DNA of 64,000 bases from an uncultured Poribacteria bacterium (GTDB taxonomy: Bacteria; Poribacteria; WGA-4E; WGA-3G): the NCBI GenBank assembly GCA_958296135.2, contig CATQHZ020000001.1, positions 1,696,001 to 1,760,000 on the forward strand, read 5' to 3'. Position 1 is the first letter of the stretch. Each line of letters begins with the position of its first letter. The position numbers and the translations under genes are program-made. The notes beneath the pieces are model-generated. The model was not told the origin of the DNA and ran no database searches. It worked only from the letters and a program-made list of their open reading frames with translations. Of the stretch, positions 9,651 to 20,083 are shown piece by piece.

Positions 9651-11534
9651 GTGAAAAAAGTTATTCTTAGCGTCGCTGTCCTCTTAGTGCTCGTCGTTGC
9701 AATCGGTTGGGCGGTACTTGGACGGGGGAAAAACGGCGCAGACCCGGCCCTTGAGAAAAGGATTGAGGTTGTTGAACGCGGCGACTTCCAAATGCGCATC
9801 AGCGCAACAGGAAACTTGGAACCTCTCCTCGACGTGGAAGTGAAAGCCCAAGTTGAAGGCGAGGTAGTCAACCTCTATGTTAACGATGGCGACTACGTGG
9901 AGCAAGACCAGGTGCTAGTTGAACTCAACCCGGAACTCTATGAAGAGGACAAGAAACAGGCACAAGCCGATGTCGCCGCCGCCGAAGCACAACTCACGCA
10001 AGCAAAATTGAACATCGAACTCAGAAAGGAGCAGCTTGAAAGCGAATTGACGCAGGCGGAAGCCTCTGTCAAAATGGCGCAAGCGAACCTAGAGACAACA
10101 CAGGCTACCACGATAACGCAAATTAGCCAAGCGCAGACAAATATTCAGACGACTAAAAACGCGCTCTCGCAGGATAATATCGCGCTGGAGCAGGCACGTA
10201 TTGCCGCCGAACAAGCGAAACTCACCCTCGCGGAGCAAGAATCCTTGCTGCAATCCGCCGAGATATCGTTGAACGGGAAAAAATCCGAACTGGAACGCAA
10301 CAGGGCACTCTTTGAAAAGAACCTCGTCTCCAAAAAGGCGTTGGAAGATGCAGAATCGCAGCACGCCAACGCGGTAACGCAATTTGACAACGCCAAAAAA
10401 CGGGTTGAATCCCAAAAGAAGAGTGTCGATTCGCAGAATCGAACCATCACGGCTCGCCAAGCCGCCATTAAGACGCGGCAGGCAACGCTGGAACAGGAGA
10501 AGTTAAACCTCGATAATCTGCAAAAAATGCGCGAAAAATCGGAGGAAGAGGTGCAACTTCAACTGGAAAATGCACAAACCCGCTTGCAAGAACAGACGAT
10601 GACTATCAACAACGAGAAATTGCTCACCCAGCAATCTAAAGTCAGCGCGGATGCTAACCTGCTTCGCCGCCAAAGCAGTCTGAAAAATCAGAATGAACGG
10701 CTCGGGTGGACGACTATTAAGGCACCTATGGCAGGCACCGTCACGCTTCTCGCCATCGAAGAAGGCGAAATTGTGACTTCCGGCCGTTCCGCTTTCTCGC
10801 AAAGCCCACCGCTTATGACGATTGCCGATCTCTCCAAAATGGTAGTCAAAACCTATATCAACGAGGTGGATATGGAACGCCTGAGCGAGAATCAGCGGGC
10901 AGAGATTAAGGTGGATGCCTACCAAGAAAAGAAGTATGAGGGACGTGTCTATGAAATCTCGCCGAGTGGACAGGAGCAGGACAATATCATCTCTTTTGAG
11001 GTAATGATAGAGGTAGTAGGTTCGCCCTCGGAACTGCGTCCAGGGATGAGTGCCGATGTTGACATCATTACCTACGAGGAGAAGAATGTGTTGTTGCTCC
11101 CGCTTGATGCGCTGATGAAACAGCCCTCGGCGACGCTCACTGCACAAGTTGACGATACGTCACCCTACAAGGCAGGACAGCCGATCGAGGTGCAGACTAT
11201 CAGCGAGAAAATCTTCCGGGGCACCGTCGCGAACGTCGGTGCAGGCGCGGTTACGATTAGTCTGGATAGTTCTCAGCGCGGCCTCCGCCCCGGCCCGACG
11301 ACGCTCTCATTGCTCGTCAAAGGGCAAAAGAAAGCGGACGGGGTGCGCGCGGATATCAAGATTTCAAAAGGGAAATCGGTTATGTTAGACAGCGGCGGTG
11401 GCCCTGGCACAAGCACACCTGTGGACGTTGGCATGCAAAACGAAACACACGTGATTGTCAAAAGCGGAGTCTCCGCCGGCGACCGGGTTGTCTTACAACA
11501 GCGAAAGCCGCAGCCGGGTGGTTGGGGAAGATAG
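9651..11534 (+). CDS. MacA/HlyD-family periplasmic adaptor with very long coiled coil
   Basis: N-terminal TM, lipoyl halves (VKAQVEGEV...GDYV; IKAPMAGTV), LRPGMSADVDI. Confidence 0.9.
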   Translation: MKKVILSVAVLLVLVVAIGWAVLGRGKNGADPALEKRIEVVERGDFQMRISATGNLEPLLDVEVKAQVEGEVVNLYVNDGDYVEQDQVLVELNPELYEEDKKQAQADVAAAEAQLTQAKLNIELRKEQLESELTQAEASVKMAQANLETTQATTITQISQAQTNIQTTKNALSQDNIALEQARIAAEQAKLTLAEQESLLQSAEISLNGKKSELERNRALFEKNLVSKKALEDAESQHANAVTQFDNAKKRVESQKKSVDSQNRTITARQAAIKTRQATLEQEKLNLDNLQKMREKSEEEVQLQLENAQTRLQEQTMTINNEKLLTQQSKVSADANLLRRQSSLKNQNERLGWTTIKAPMAGTVTLLAIEEGEIVTSGRSAFSQSPPLMTIADLSKMVVKTYINEVDMERLSENQRAEIKVDAYQEKKYEGRVYEISPSGQEQDNIISFEVMIEVVGSPSELRPGMSADVDIITYEEKNVLLLPLDALMKQPSATLTAQVDDTSPYKAGQPIEVQTISEKIFRGTVANVGAGAVTISLDSSQRGLRPGPTTLSLLVKGQKKADGVRADIKISKGKSVMLDSGGGPGTSTPVDVGMQNETHVIVKSGVSAGDRVVLQQRKPQPGGWGR

Positions 11535-11622
11535 GCTGAGTCTCCAAAAAACGTAAGGACAGATTTCCGTATCCGACTATCGCCCGATTGCAAGGGCGGA
11601 GAGAGACATCCGCCCTTACAAT

Positions 11623-12417
11623 TTACAGCCAAAGCACTTGTCCATCATACGCGAGGGCGGCATTATCGGGCAACTCGATTTGCTGCTCCGCGCACTGCTC
11701 TGGGAAATACCGCTGATCGAGCCGATGCATGATATGCGTAAAATAGGTGGCCTTCGGCTGCAGTGCCTCGCTAATTTCCAGAGCCTGTCCTACCGACAGA
11801 TGCGTGGGATGCCTCGGATTGAAACTCAGCGCGTCGATAACCAGCAACTCAATTCCCGCCAGCAGTGCCTGCGAAGCCTCTGGCAACCGCTTGACATCCG
11901 GCAGGTATCCAAAGTCATCTATGCGGTAGCCATACGTCTCCATGTTGCCGTGTTCAACCGGAATCGGCGTGATGTCAAAACCGAGCAGCTCAAACCGCTT
12001 GTCAATGACATTCGGCAGGAGATGCCCCACCCCACCGCCTTGGAACGTCTCTTTGGTGAACATATAGTCAAAGTTCCGTTGCAAGGTGCGGATAGTCTGC
12101 GCCGGTCCGTAGATAGGCATGTCCATCTGCTGTTTGCGGCACGGCATCACGATGTCGTTGGTGCCGCTGACGTGGTCCGCGTGGCAATGCGTGAAGATAA
12201 CCGCGTCTATCCACGCAATCCGGTTCCGGTCAATCTGATCCATGAAGTTCGGCCCGAGGTCAAACTGCAGATTTTTTCCATCCTTTTCAATATGGATGGA
12301 CGAACGGGTGCGATAGTTTTTAGAGCCGAACTGCCTTGCATCTTGGCAGGTTTCGCAGTCACATTTATACTCCGGTACACCGGTTGAGGTGCCTGAACCC
12401 AAAATCGTAATTTTCAT
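11623..12417 (-). CDS. MBL-fold metallo-hydrolase (PhnP-like)
   Basis: LGSGTSTGVP, THCHADHVSG, HPTHLS, THIMH. Confidence 0.9.
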   Translation of the reverse strand: MKITILGSGTSTGVPEYKCDCETCQDARQFGSKNYRTRSSIHIEKDGKNLQFDLGPNFMDQIDRNRIAWIDAVIFTHCHADHVSGTNDIVMPCRKQQMDMPIYGPAQTIRTLQRNFDYMFTKETFQGGGVGHLLPNVIDKRFELLGFDITPIPVEHGNMETYGYRIDDFGYLPDVKRLPEASQALLAGIELLVIDALSFNPRHPTHLSVGQALEISEALQPKATYFTHIMHRLDQRYFPEQCAEQQIELPDNAALAYDGQVLWL

Positions 12418-12484
12418 TTGATCCTTTCATTTTGCCGAATTGTAAGGGTGGATTTCTCTATCCACCTGTCCGCACAAAAAGACT

Positions 12485-13252
12485 ATGCCAAAATTAACAC
12501 ACCCAGAATGCCTTGCACTCGCGAAGCACCTCGGTGATACTCCGATGACAGTCATTGCTGCGGCACGCTTGCAACAAGGAATGTGTCGCGCGTTCGTTTC
12601 AAAAGCAGGCGAAGCCGCGCCGCCCGCCGCCCTTGTCTTTGACGCGTTCTGTCCGGAGGAGCCCAGCGGTTTCGGGACAGATGCGGACATGCTGTGGGCG
12701 TTGCTCAAACCGCATCACGGATGGAGTTGTGTCAACGTTAACGCCGAGTGTGCCGAACCCCTCGGTCGCCTTATGGCGGCGGAAACAGGACAATCTGTCC
12801 GCTACTACGGCGATATCTATCATGCGCTCTTGGCACCTGTCCGCGCGCATTCCAACGAAGCGGTTCGCCTTTTAACAGCGGCGGATGGGGCACTACTCGC
12901 CAATGCCCCAGAAGAAGTGCAAGGCAGCGGTTACAAAACGCCCCATGAGATGGTTACAGCAGGCATCGCTGCCGCCGCCATCGTTGCGGGGAAAATCGTC
13001 GCGATTGCGCATGTCTATGCGGATACGCATTTGCATGCCGACATCGGCGTTTCCACGTTGGAGGCGTGGCGCGGAAAGGGATTTGCTACCGCCGCTGCAT
13101 CCCTCGTCGCGGAACAGATCCAAGCGCGTGGCAAAGTCCCTGCTTGGAGTTGCGGTGAGGATAACGCTGCCTCACTGCGGGTGGCACAAAAACTGGGCTT
13201 CACAGAAGTCGCTCGGCGGACTTACGTTATCCCAACTGCCGCTGTCTCGTAA
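12485..13252 (+). CDS. GNAT family acetyltransferase
   Basis: DIGVSTLEAWRGKGFA, NAASLRVAQKLGF. Confidence 0.85.
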   Translation: MPKLTHPECLALAKHLGDTPMTVIAAARLQQGMCRAFVSKAGEAAPPAALVFDAFCPEEPSGFGTDADMLWALLKPHHGWSCVNVNAECAEPLGRLMAAETGQSVRYYGDIYHALLAPVRAHSNEAVRLLTAADGALLANAPEEVQGSGYKTPHEMVTAGIAAAAIVAGKIVAIAHVYADTHLHADIGVSTLEAWRGKGFATAAASLVAEQIQARGKVPAWSCGEDNAASLRVAQKLGFTEVARRTYVIPTAAVS

Positions 13253-13301
13253 GGCCGGATGTCCATAGCTGTCCGTGCCTACCCTGACGATGAAGATCTG
13301 G

Positions 13302-14561
13302 CTAACCGAACGCATCGTCAACCTTATTAATCGCCGCCGCCATCAGCCGCGCGTGTTCCTCCTGCATATTAACGTTGAACCCAAACCGTAGGGCGCGGCC
13401 GAGGATGGACAGCGTTTCCGGGCACATATCCCGCGCATACGTCACATCGCCTTTATAGTTTGGATTGTTCCACGGGTAGCCCGATGGGTGCGGCGAATGT
13501 TTGAACAAGATGGAATCCCAGTAGGCATAAATATGCCGGTCGGGAAAACCAGCGTTGTAGGCGGTTCCGGCGTTCAGTCCTTCTGCCTTGAGTGCCTCGG
13601 TATACTTTCGTGCGAGTTCCTTATCGCGCACAATAATTGCGGCACTGATGCCGCATTCGCCGCTCGGGTCATCGACGTGTTGCCGGCTGTAACCCTTCGG
13701 TGCCTCGGCGAGTTCGGCGAGAAACGCCTTCTTGAGCCGCCGCGTATGCCCCAGGATGTCTCCCAGTTTTGACAACTGCACGCGCGCGAGTGCCCCCGAG
13801 ATCTCGCTTGGACGGTAGCACTGGCACGAGAACGGTTTGTTCTGCCATTCGGCATCGCTCATCCACATCGGCAGGCCGGGCTCCGCGGCGAACGCTGCGC
13901 GTTCATAGACATCGTAATCGTCGCTGAAAACGAGGCCGCCTTCCCCACACGAGATAACCTTGTAGTAGTTGAGGCTCCACGCGCCGGCATCGCCCCAGGT
14001 GCCGGTGAGCTTCCCTTTATATTCTCCGCCGACGCACTGGCAGCAATCCTCTACAACCTTAAGGTTATGTCGCCGTGCGAGTGCTACGATTGCCTCAAGC
14101 CGGCACGGCACCCCTTGCATGTGCACCGGGAGAATCGCCTTCGTCTGCGGCGTGATTTTCCGTTCGACATCCCCCGGGTCTAAGCCAAGCGAATCGTCAA
14201 TCTCGGCGATTACCGGAATCGCGCCTACCCCGACGATGGCGGCCGCTGTCGCGATGAAAGTATAGCCCGGTAAAATGACTTCATCGCCGGGGCCCACGCC
14301 AATGCCGGTGAGGGCACAAATAATCGCGGATGTGCCTGAATTTACCATCAAGGCGTGCTTAACGCCGAGCCGTGCGGCTGCTTCTGTCTCAAACCCTGCT
14401 ACCTGCGAATTCTCGACGAACCGGAAAAGTTGCCCGCTCCGTAAGACTTCAGTAACTGCATTGATTTCTCGTTCGTCAATAACACTAGGACCGTGCATTC
14501 CGCCCGGAATCGGGTCGGTGATAACGGGTATTCCTCCATCTATGGCTAAACGCGCTGGCAT
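13302..14561 (-). CDS. DegT/DnrJ/EryC1/StrS PLP-dependent aminotransferase
   Basis: NSGTSA, TFIATAAAI, VVEDCCQ, SLNYYKVISCGEGG. Confidence 0.9.
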   Translation of the reverse strand: MPARLAIDGGIPVITDPIPGGMHGPSVIDEREINAVTEVLRSGQLFRFVENSQVAGFETEAAARLGVKHALMVNSGTSAIICALTGIGVGPGDEVILPGYTFIATAAAIVGVGAIPVIAEIDDSLGLDPGDVERKITPQTKAILPVHMQGVPCRLEAIVALARRHNLKVVEDCCQCVGGEYKGKLTGTWGDAGAWSLNYYKVISCGEGGLVFSDDYDVYERAAFAAEPGLPMWMSDAEWQNKPFSCQCYRPSEISGALARVQLSKLGDILGHTRRLKKAFLAELAEAPKGYSRQHVDDPSGECGISAAIIVRDKELARKYTEALKAEGLNAGTAYNAGFPDRHIYAYWDSILFKHSPHPSGYPWNNPNYKGDVTYARDMCPETLSILGRALRFGFNVNMQEEHARLMAAAINKVDDAFG

Positions 14562-14646
14562 TTTTAGTCCCTCCACAAGTTTTTTGTCGCTATATCTTAT
14601 CAGAGCTGTGGGGTTTTGTCAATAGATATTTTCAAAACTCTCGCTC

Positions 14647-14722
14647 GTAGCGCGGGGGCCGTTACGCCGAAACTTTGTCATCTCTGCAGCCTCGCTGCAG
14701 AGATGTCCACTGTCCCCCCGCG
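14647..14722 (+). repeat. Extended REP with nested hairpin (copy 2 of 5)
   Basis: GTAGCGCGGGGGCC-insert with CATCTCTGCAGCCTCGCTGCAGAGATG-TGTCCCCCCGCG. Confidence 0.85.
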
Positions 14723-14841
14723 AGCTCCCGACGCAACGAAAAACGGCCGCAGCCGTTTTCTGATATGAGCGACGCATGGCGAGGCACAAGACCGCGCCCT
14801 ACGGTTCGCTGGCGATACCTTCTGATTCTTTTTAGAAAAAT

Positions 14842-14870
14842 TTGACAATTATGTTGCATCATGATATAAT
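14842..14870 (+). promoter_or_regulatory. Consensus sigma70 promoter
   Basis: TTGACA-17 nt-TATAAT. Confidence 0.8.
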
Positions 14871-14930
14871 AGAGATAAAATTTGATAAAACCGGGCGGAG
14901 AACTTTGCCCGGACGAAGAAACGAGGAAAC

Positions 14931-15473
14931 ATGTCAAGACAAGATCTGGTCAAACTCACCTTGGGGCAAATTGTTCTCGGAGGTGTCGTTGGCCTAGTCG
15001 GCGGCGGGGTGTGCCTGCTGCTTTTTGAAGGCGTGATTTGGGGGCTGCTTATCGGCGCACGAGTGACGCACGGGTTTTGGGTAGGCTTGCTGCTGTTCAT
15101 CTCGTTAGGTATTACTTACAGCGTAATGATAGGGGGAGCGAGCGAAGGGGTGCGCTTTGTCAGCAGGAAATTCGGCACCGAGCTTCCGTTTAAACCGGTG
15201 TTTTCCGGCGCGCTTTTAGGGCCGCCTGCGATAGTCGGTTTGCTGGCACTGCTGGATGTCCCGTGGGAAATTTTCGGTGCGCCCAACGTGCTTCTCGCGT
15301 TGATTCTTCCCGTGCTGAAGGCCGCGGCGTATATCGTCTCCTTACCGATGCGTGGCTGGGTAACTCTTGGATTACCAGTGGAAGTCTGCTATGTGCTCGC
15401 CGTGCCGATCAGCGCGATACTCGGCTACAGATTACCAACGGCAAAACGTGAGACGCGCGCCGAGTCGACGTAA
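14931..15473 (+). CDS. Hypothetical membrane protein
   Basis: RBS GAGGA, 4-5 hydrophobic segments. Confidence 0.75.
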   Translation: MSRQDLVKLTLGQIVLGGVVGLVGGGVCLLLFEGVIWGLLIGARVTHGFWVGLLLFISLGITYSVMIGGASEGVRFVSRKFGTELPFKPVFSGALLGPPAIVGLLALLDVPWEIFGAPNVLLALILPVLKAAAYIVSLPMRGWVTLGLPVEVCYVLAVPISAILGYRLPTAKRETRAEST

Positions 15474-15594
15474 ACGGGCACCTATCATGCAAGTGCGCCG
15501 GATCCTGCCCGTTTGTAGTCCGGCGAACTCATCACAAACTACAGAAATCGGATAACTCAATGGTTCTGCGTAAATAGGCTTATCAACACAAATT

Positions 15595-17025
15595 ATGCAA
15601 TACGATGATAAACCAAAGGACGAATGCGGCGTGTTCGGCATCTTTGGGCACCCGAGGGCGGTAGAATTAACCTATTTAGGGTTACGTGCCCTGCAGCACC
15701 GAGGGCAAGAGAGCAGCGGCATTGTTGCATCAGATGGTAAACAGCTTACGTCCCACCACGGCATGGGGCTCGTCGCCGCTGTCTTCAACAGCGATGCGCT
15801 CGCGACACTCAAAGGGCACATTGCGGTGGGGCACAATCGATATTCAACCGCCGGGGAGAGCAGCCTTGATAACGCGCAACCGCTTGTGCGGAATTATCGG
15901 CATGGCCCACTCGCGCTCGGCCACAACGGAAACCTCGTCAACGCGATACAACTCCGGGACCAGCTGGAGAATGCGGGCTCCATCTTCAGCACAACGCTAG
16001 ATACCGAGGTTGTCTTCCATCTCATCGCGCGCTCACGGCACCCTGTCCTGCAAGACCGGATAGTGGACGCGCTGCGCGCGGTGCAAGGTGCGTATTCGTT
16101 TGTGATGATGAACCAAACGATGCTGATGGGTGCCCGCGACCCGCACGGATTTCGTCCCCTGTGGCTCGGACAACTCGGCGATGCTTATGTACTAGCATCC
16201 GAGACATGCGCGCTTGATGTCATTGAGGCGACACCGATTCGGGAGGTGGAACCCGGCGAATTGGTAGTCATGCGCTCAAGCCATCGCGGCATAGAGTCCG
16301 TTCAGTTCCAACCGAAACAGACAGAATTATCGCAATGCATTTTTGAATATATCTATCTCGCGCGCCCGGACAGCATGATGTTCGGGCAAAGCGTGAACAG
16401 CAGGCGTCGCGAATTCGGCAGGCAGCTCGCTCGCGAACATCCTGTGAAGGCAGACATCGTCATCCCAGTACCAGATTCGGCGACGATTGCCGCCCTCGGC
16501 TACGCGGAAGAATCCGGCATCCCGTTCGATCTGGGGCTCTCGCGGAACGCGTTCGTCGGACGCTCTTTCATGAACCCGGCGCAGACTATCCGCGAGCTCA
16601 TGGTAAAGGTGAAACTCAATCCCATCCGCGATGTGCTAGATGGCAAACGGGTTATTGTCGTTGACGATTCCATCATGCGCGGGACAAACGGCAGGAAATT
16701 GGTAAAAATCGTCCGACAGGGGGGAGCGAAAGCGGTGCATCTTCGCATCGCATCACCGCCGAATAAATACTCATGTTTCTACGGGGTGGATACGCCTACC
16801 CGAAGCGAATTGATTGCGAGCTCGCACACCATCGAGGAAATTCGCAAATATATCCGCGCTGACAGCCTCGGCTATTTGGGGATTGAAGGGATGCTCAAGG
16901 CGATGAGCGCGCCGCATAATTTTTGCACGGCGTGTTTTGATGGGGAATATCCTATCCCTTTTGAGGCGCAACGTTCGCAGGAGCTGCAGTTGCTTGGTGA
17001 TGAAAAAAATCGCTGTCATCCGTAG
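15595..17025 (+). CDS. purF: Amidophosphoribosyltransferase
   Basis: Propeptide then ECGVFG, LQHRGQES, GHNRYST, VVDDSIMRG, CTACF. Confidence 0.97.
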   Translation: MQYDDKPKDECGVFGIFGHPRAVELTYLGLRALQHRGQESSGIVASDGKQLTSHHGMGLVAAVFNSDALATLKGHIAVGHNRYSTAGESSLDNAQPLVRNYRHGPLALGHNGNLVNAIQLRDQLENAGSIFSTTLDTEVVFHLIARSRHPVLQDRIVDALRAVQGAYSFVMMNQTMLMGARDPHGFRPLWLGQLGDAYVLASETCALDVIEATPIREVEPGELVVMRSSHRGIESVQFQPKQTELSQCIFEYIYLARPDSMMFGQSVNSRRREFGRQLAREHPVKADIVIPVPDSATIAALGYAEESGIPFDLGLSRNAFVGRSFMNPAQTIRELMVKVKLNPIRDVLDGKRVIVVDDSIMRGTNGRKLVKIVRQGGAKAVHLRIASPPNKYSCFYGVDTPTRSELIASSHTIEEIRKYIRADSLGYLGIEGMLKAMSAPHNFCTACFDGEYPIPFEAQRSQELQLLGDEKNRCHP

Positions 17026-17160
17026 GGCGGGGCCTGTCCTTCGCCATGCCCACGGTGAAAAAAACCGTTGTCATCCGTAGGGCGGGGGCCTGTCCCCCGC
17101 CATGCCCACGGTGAAAAAACCGTTGTCATCCGTAGGGCGGGGGCCTGTCCCCCGCCATGC
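17001..17160 (+). repeat. Three tandem ~55 bp REP-containing units overlapping the purF 3' end
   Basis: TGAAAAAAA(C/T)CG(T/C)TGTCATCCGTAGGGCGGGG(G)CCTGTCC...CGCCATGC three times. Confidence 0.9.
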
Positions 17161-17289
17161 CGCGCGCCTCGGCGAACGGTTTCAGCCCCGCGGTTTTGGC
17201 CGTTTTTCGCGCCGGACCGGCGATTGCGAGGGACAGGTTTTCCCTCGCGCTCCGTTACTTAAGCAGTGTTTTTTACTAGGAGAATTTTG

Positions 17290-17604
17290 ATGCTTATTAT
17301 CAATAATAGTGGAAACAAACGAAGACCGAGTCCGATCGGCACACCACAGGGACAGCACACACTGATTACCCTCCTCATTTGCGCTATCCTCGGCATGGTG
17401 CTCAGCCGAGTGCTTCCACCGCTTCTGCTGAAATTGCGTCCGGCGATGACAGCGGCAGCGGCGCAAGACTTGGGCGTTATGATTGCCTTAGGCATTAGCG
17501 GCATTGTGTTGGTGGTGCGACTCCTCAAACCGCCTAAAAAGAAAAAGGCCACCTCTCTTCGGGAACAATTTTTAAAGGGGCAGGGAAAATCGGATGGCAG
17601 CTAA
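17290..17604 (+). CDS. Small hypothetical membrane protein
   Basis: RBS AGGAG, two hydrophobic segments, basic tail, overlaps purM start. Confidence 0.55.
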   Translation: MLIINNSGNKRRPSPIGTPQGQHTLITLLICAILGMVLSRVLPPLLLKLRPAMTAAAAQDLGVMIALGISGIVLVVRLLKPPKKKKATSLREQFLKGQGKSDGS

Positions 17605-18628
17605 AAAACCGTTGACTTATGCCGATGCCGGCGTTTCATTTGAGGCAGAAGCGGAGGCGATAGCGCGCCTCAAAGGGTTAGTCCAAACGACATACCGGCC
17701 CGAAGTCCTCAGCGATGTCGGCAGTTTCGGCGGGCTCTTTGCCCTCGGCTCGTATCAACAGCCGGTCCTCGTCTCCAGCACGGATAGCGTCGGCACAAAA
17801 CTGAAAGTCGCGTTTAAAGCGGACCGGCACGACACCGTAGGGTTTGACATCGTCGCGCATTGCGGGAATGACATCGTCGTGCAGGGTGCAGAACCGCTCT
17901 TTTTTCTGGACTACATCGGCATTAGCAAGGTGGAGCCTGCCGTTATTGAACAGATTATCAGCGGCCTTGCAGCGGGATGCCGCGAGACCGGGTGCGCGCT
18001 CATCGGCGGGGAAATTGCCGAACTGCCAGAACTATATACCCCCGGAGAATATGACCTGGTTGGCACCATCGTCGGTGTAGTCGAGAAAACAGCTGTCATC
18101 ACCGGCGGTGCGATTGAACCGGGCGACATCCTCATCGGCTTGGGCTCCGCAGGCTTGCATACTAACGGCTTCTCGCTAGCGCGACGCATCGTGTTCGACC
18201 GGTGCAACTACGGCGTTGACACCTATCTGCCCGAACTCTCTGCTACGCTTGGAGAGGAACTGCTGAAGCCGCACAAGAGTTACGTCGCGTCCATTCTGGC
18301 ACTCCGCAAGGTATGCGATGTGAAGGGGCTCGCGCATATTACCGGCGGCGGACTGCCGGGGAACGTGCAGCGCATTCTGCCAGAGGGATGCATAGCTCAG
18401 ATTCGGAAAGGCACATGGAATATGCCGCCGGTTTTTCCGTTTTTACAACAGAAAGGCGGCGTTGCAGAGGAAGAGATGTATCGCGTTTTCAACATGGGCA
18501 TCGGCATGGTAATCGCGCTCGCGCCCGATGCTGTTGATGCTGCCCTTGCATCCCTCAACGCGTCCGGGGAGTCCGTTTACCAACTCGGTGAGGTACTTGC
18601 CGGCGGAAAGGGGGTGCGGTGTGTCTGA
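17594..18628 (+). CDS. purM: Phosphoribosylformylglycinamidine cyclo-ligase
   Basis: LTYADAGV, STDSVGTK, GLHTNGFSL, AHITGGG, VFNMGIG. Confidence 0.97.
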   Translation: MAAKKPLTYADAGVSFEAEAEAIARLKGLVQTTYRPEVLSDVGSFGGLFALGSYQQPVLVSSTDSVGTKLKVAFKADRHDTVGFDIVAHCGNDIVVQGAEPLFFLDYIGISKVEPAVIEQIISGLAAGCRETGCALIGGEIAELPELYTPGEYDLVGTIVGVVEKTAVITGGAIEPGDILIGLGSAGLHTNGFSLARRIVFDRCNYGVDTYLPELSATLGEELLKPHKSYVASILALRKVCDVKGLAHITGGGLPGNVQRILPEGCIAQIRKGTWNMPPVFPFLQQKGGVAEEEMYRVFNMGIGMVIALAPDAVDAALASLNASGESVYQLGEVLAGGKGVRCV

Positions 18629-19319
18629 TACCCAAGAATTGGAGACGCTGCTTGACGAAATACATCCGCAGGTGATTTTGGCGGCGTTTCAGACAGTAGA
18701 TGATGCCGATGCCGCGCTCTTTTTGCTGATGCTCAAAACTGCCTCCGATGCGCTCGCCGCGCACGCCGGGAAGATTTTCGCGCAGCTGCCTTTCGAGAAA
18801 CAGGTGAGCATCGCCGAAAAGGTGATTGCGATGGAGATTGTCGAATCCGAACGCGCGCAGCAACTCTGGCACACCCTGGTCGCGAAGATTAAGGAATCCC
18901 GCGAACAGACGTTATTTTTAGGCGAAGGCACAGAAAATCTAGCGAAACTGCTCTCGCACGCTGACATCGCTACGCAAAACCGGCTGTTGGAGGTGCTAGG
19001 AGAAAGACAGCCGGAAGTGGTGAACAGCGTCACGGAACAACTGTTCACCTTTGATGAATTGGCGCGCTTGGGAGATGAGGCGATAGTCACTATCCTGCAG
19101 GTGCTGGACACCTCCACGTTAGCTCTGGCCTTGCACGGTGCTCCCCCGGCGATTCGGGATAGGTTCGTTGAGAACATGTCGGCATCGCAAGCGGAGGCGA
19201 TTGAGGCAGAAACGGCGCAGTTGACGTTTGAACAAACGCAGATAGTTGACACGGCACGACAGTCAATTGTGACTTTGGTGCGCAACTTCGCGGCGAAAGG
19301 AATGCTGAAACTCCAATGA
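18621..19319 (+). CDS. FliG C-terminal-domain-like protein
   Basis: LFTFDELARLGDEAIVTIL, LALALHG, ENMS, ARQSIVTLVR resemble FliG C-terminus; GTG start overlaps purM stop. Confidence 0.7.
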   Translation: MSDTQELETLLDEIHPQVILAAFQTVDDADAALFLLMLKTASDALAAHAGKIFAQLPFEKQVSIAEKVIAMEIVESERAQQLWHTLVAKIKESREQTLFLGEGTENLAKLLSHADIATQNRLLEVLGERQPEVVNSVTEQLFTFDELARLGDEAIVTILQVLDTSTLALALHGAPPAIRDRFVENMSASQAEAIEAETAQLTFEQTQIVDTARQSIVTLVRNFAAKGMLKLQ

Positions 19320-19364
19320 AAGACGGCCCGGGGCCTGTAAAGGCATGGGCAGTCTCTGGGTTCA

Positions 19365-19996
19365 CTAATCTTCCAACCTGAATTTAAAAGGAATCTGAAC
19401 CGTGACGCTCACCGGTTTTCCTACTTTCATGGCAGGAATAAAAGCGGATTTGCGCAATGCAGCGATTGCCGCCGCCTCAAATCCGATCCGAAGCCGAGGT
19501 TTGTCATCCCTACGATGTCCTGGGGAATACCATTCTCATCAATAGTGGCTTGCAGCATGACAGTGCCTTCCTTTCCCGCGCGCCTCGCGGGTGGCGGATA
19601 AGCAGGTTTCACTACGTTCTTAAACTTCGGGGTAGGTATCTTCTCTCCCCAAGTCTGACACAAGCCACCCCGGTAAATTAGGATGTTTCTTCGGCAAGCC
19701 AGGGCAGATCTTCTTAAACTGCGAGCCTTGCGAACGCTTCGGCCCGAAGTGAGTCGGCTTTCTTTTCATTTTCGGGGGAGCCTCTGGCCGTTGCAACTTC
19801 CTGTTGGGCTCTATCCGCCTCTGCCTGTCTGTTGTTGATGGGCCCGGGACATTCCAGTGTTGCGGGCTAACGCGCCCTTCATTTAATCTTGGTTCGTATC
19901 AAGCGACATCTTCTTTAACGGCTTGACACACCTCGGCCTTTTACGTTCTGTCCGACGCTGTTGGAGATGGGCGACGATACTAGAACTTCTCCTCAT
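19365..19996 (-). pseudogene. Degraded TonB paralog
   Basis: 5' end (MRRSSSIVAHLQQRR) and C-domain (RAGKEGTVMLQATIDENG) match the adjacent gene; early stop, internal deletion and ATCCG duplication frameshift at ~19481-19490. Confidence 0.85.
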
Positions 19997-20083
19997 CTCT
20001 TTTTTCGCCTGTCGTGTGCGATGCCGGACAGCCTGCGACATGGCGAGGACCAGGTCTTCCTCGCCCTACGACTGCCGGTCCGC

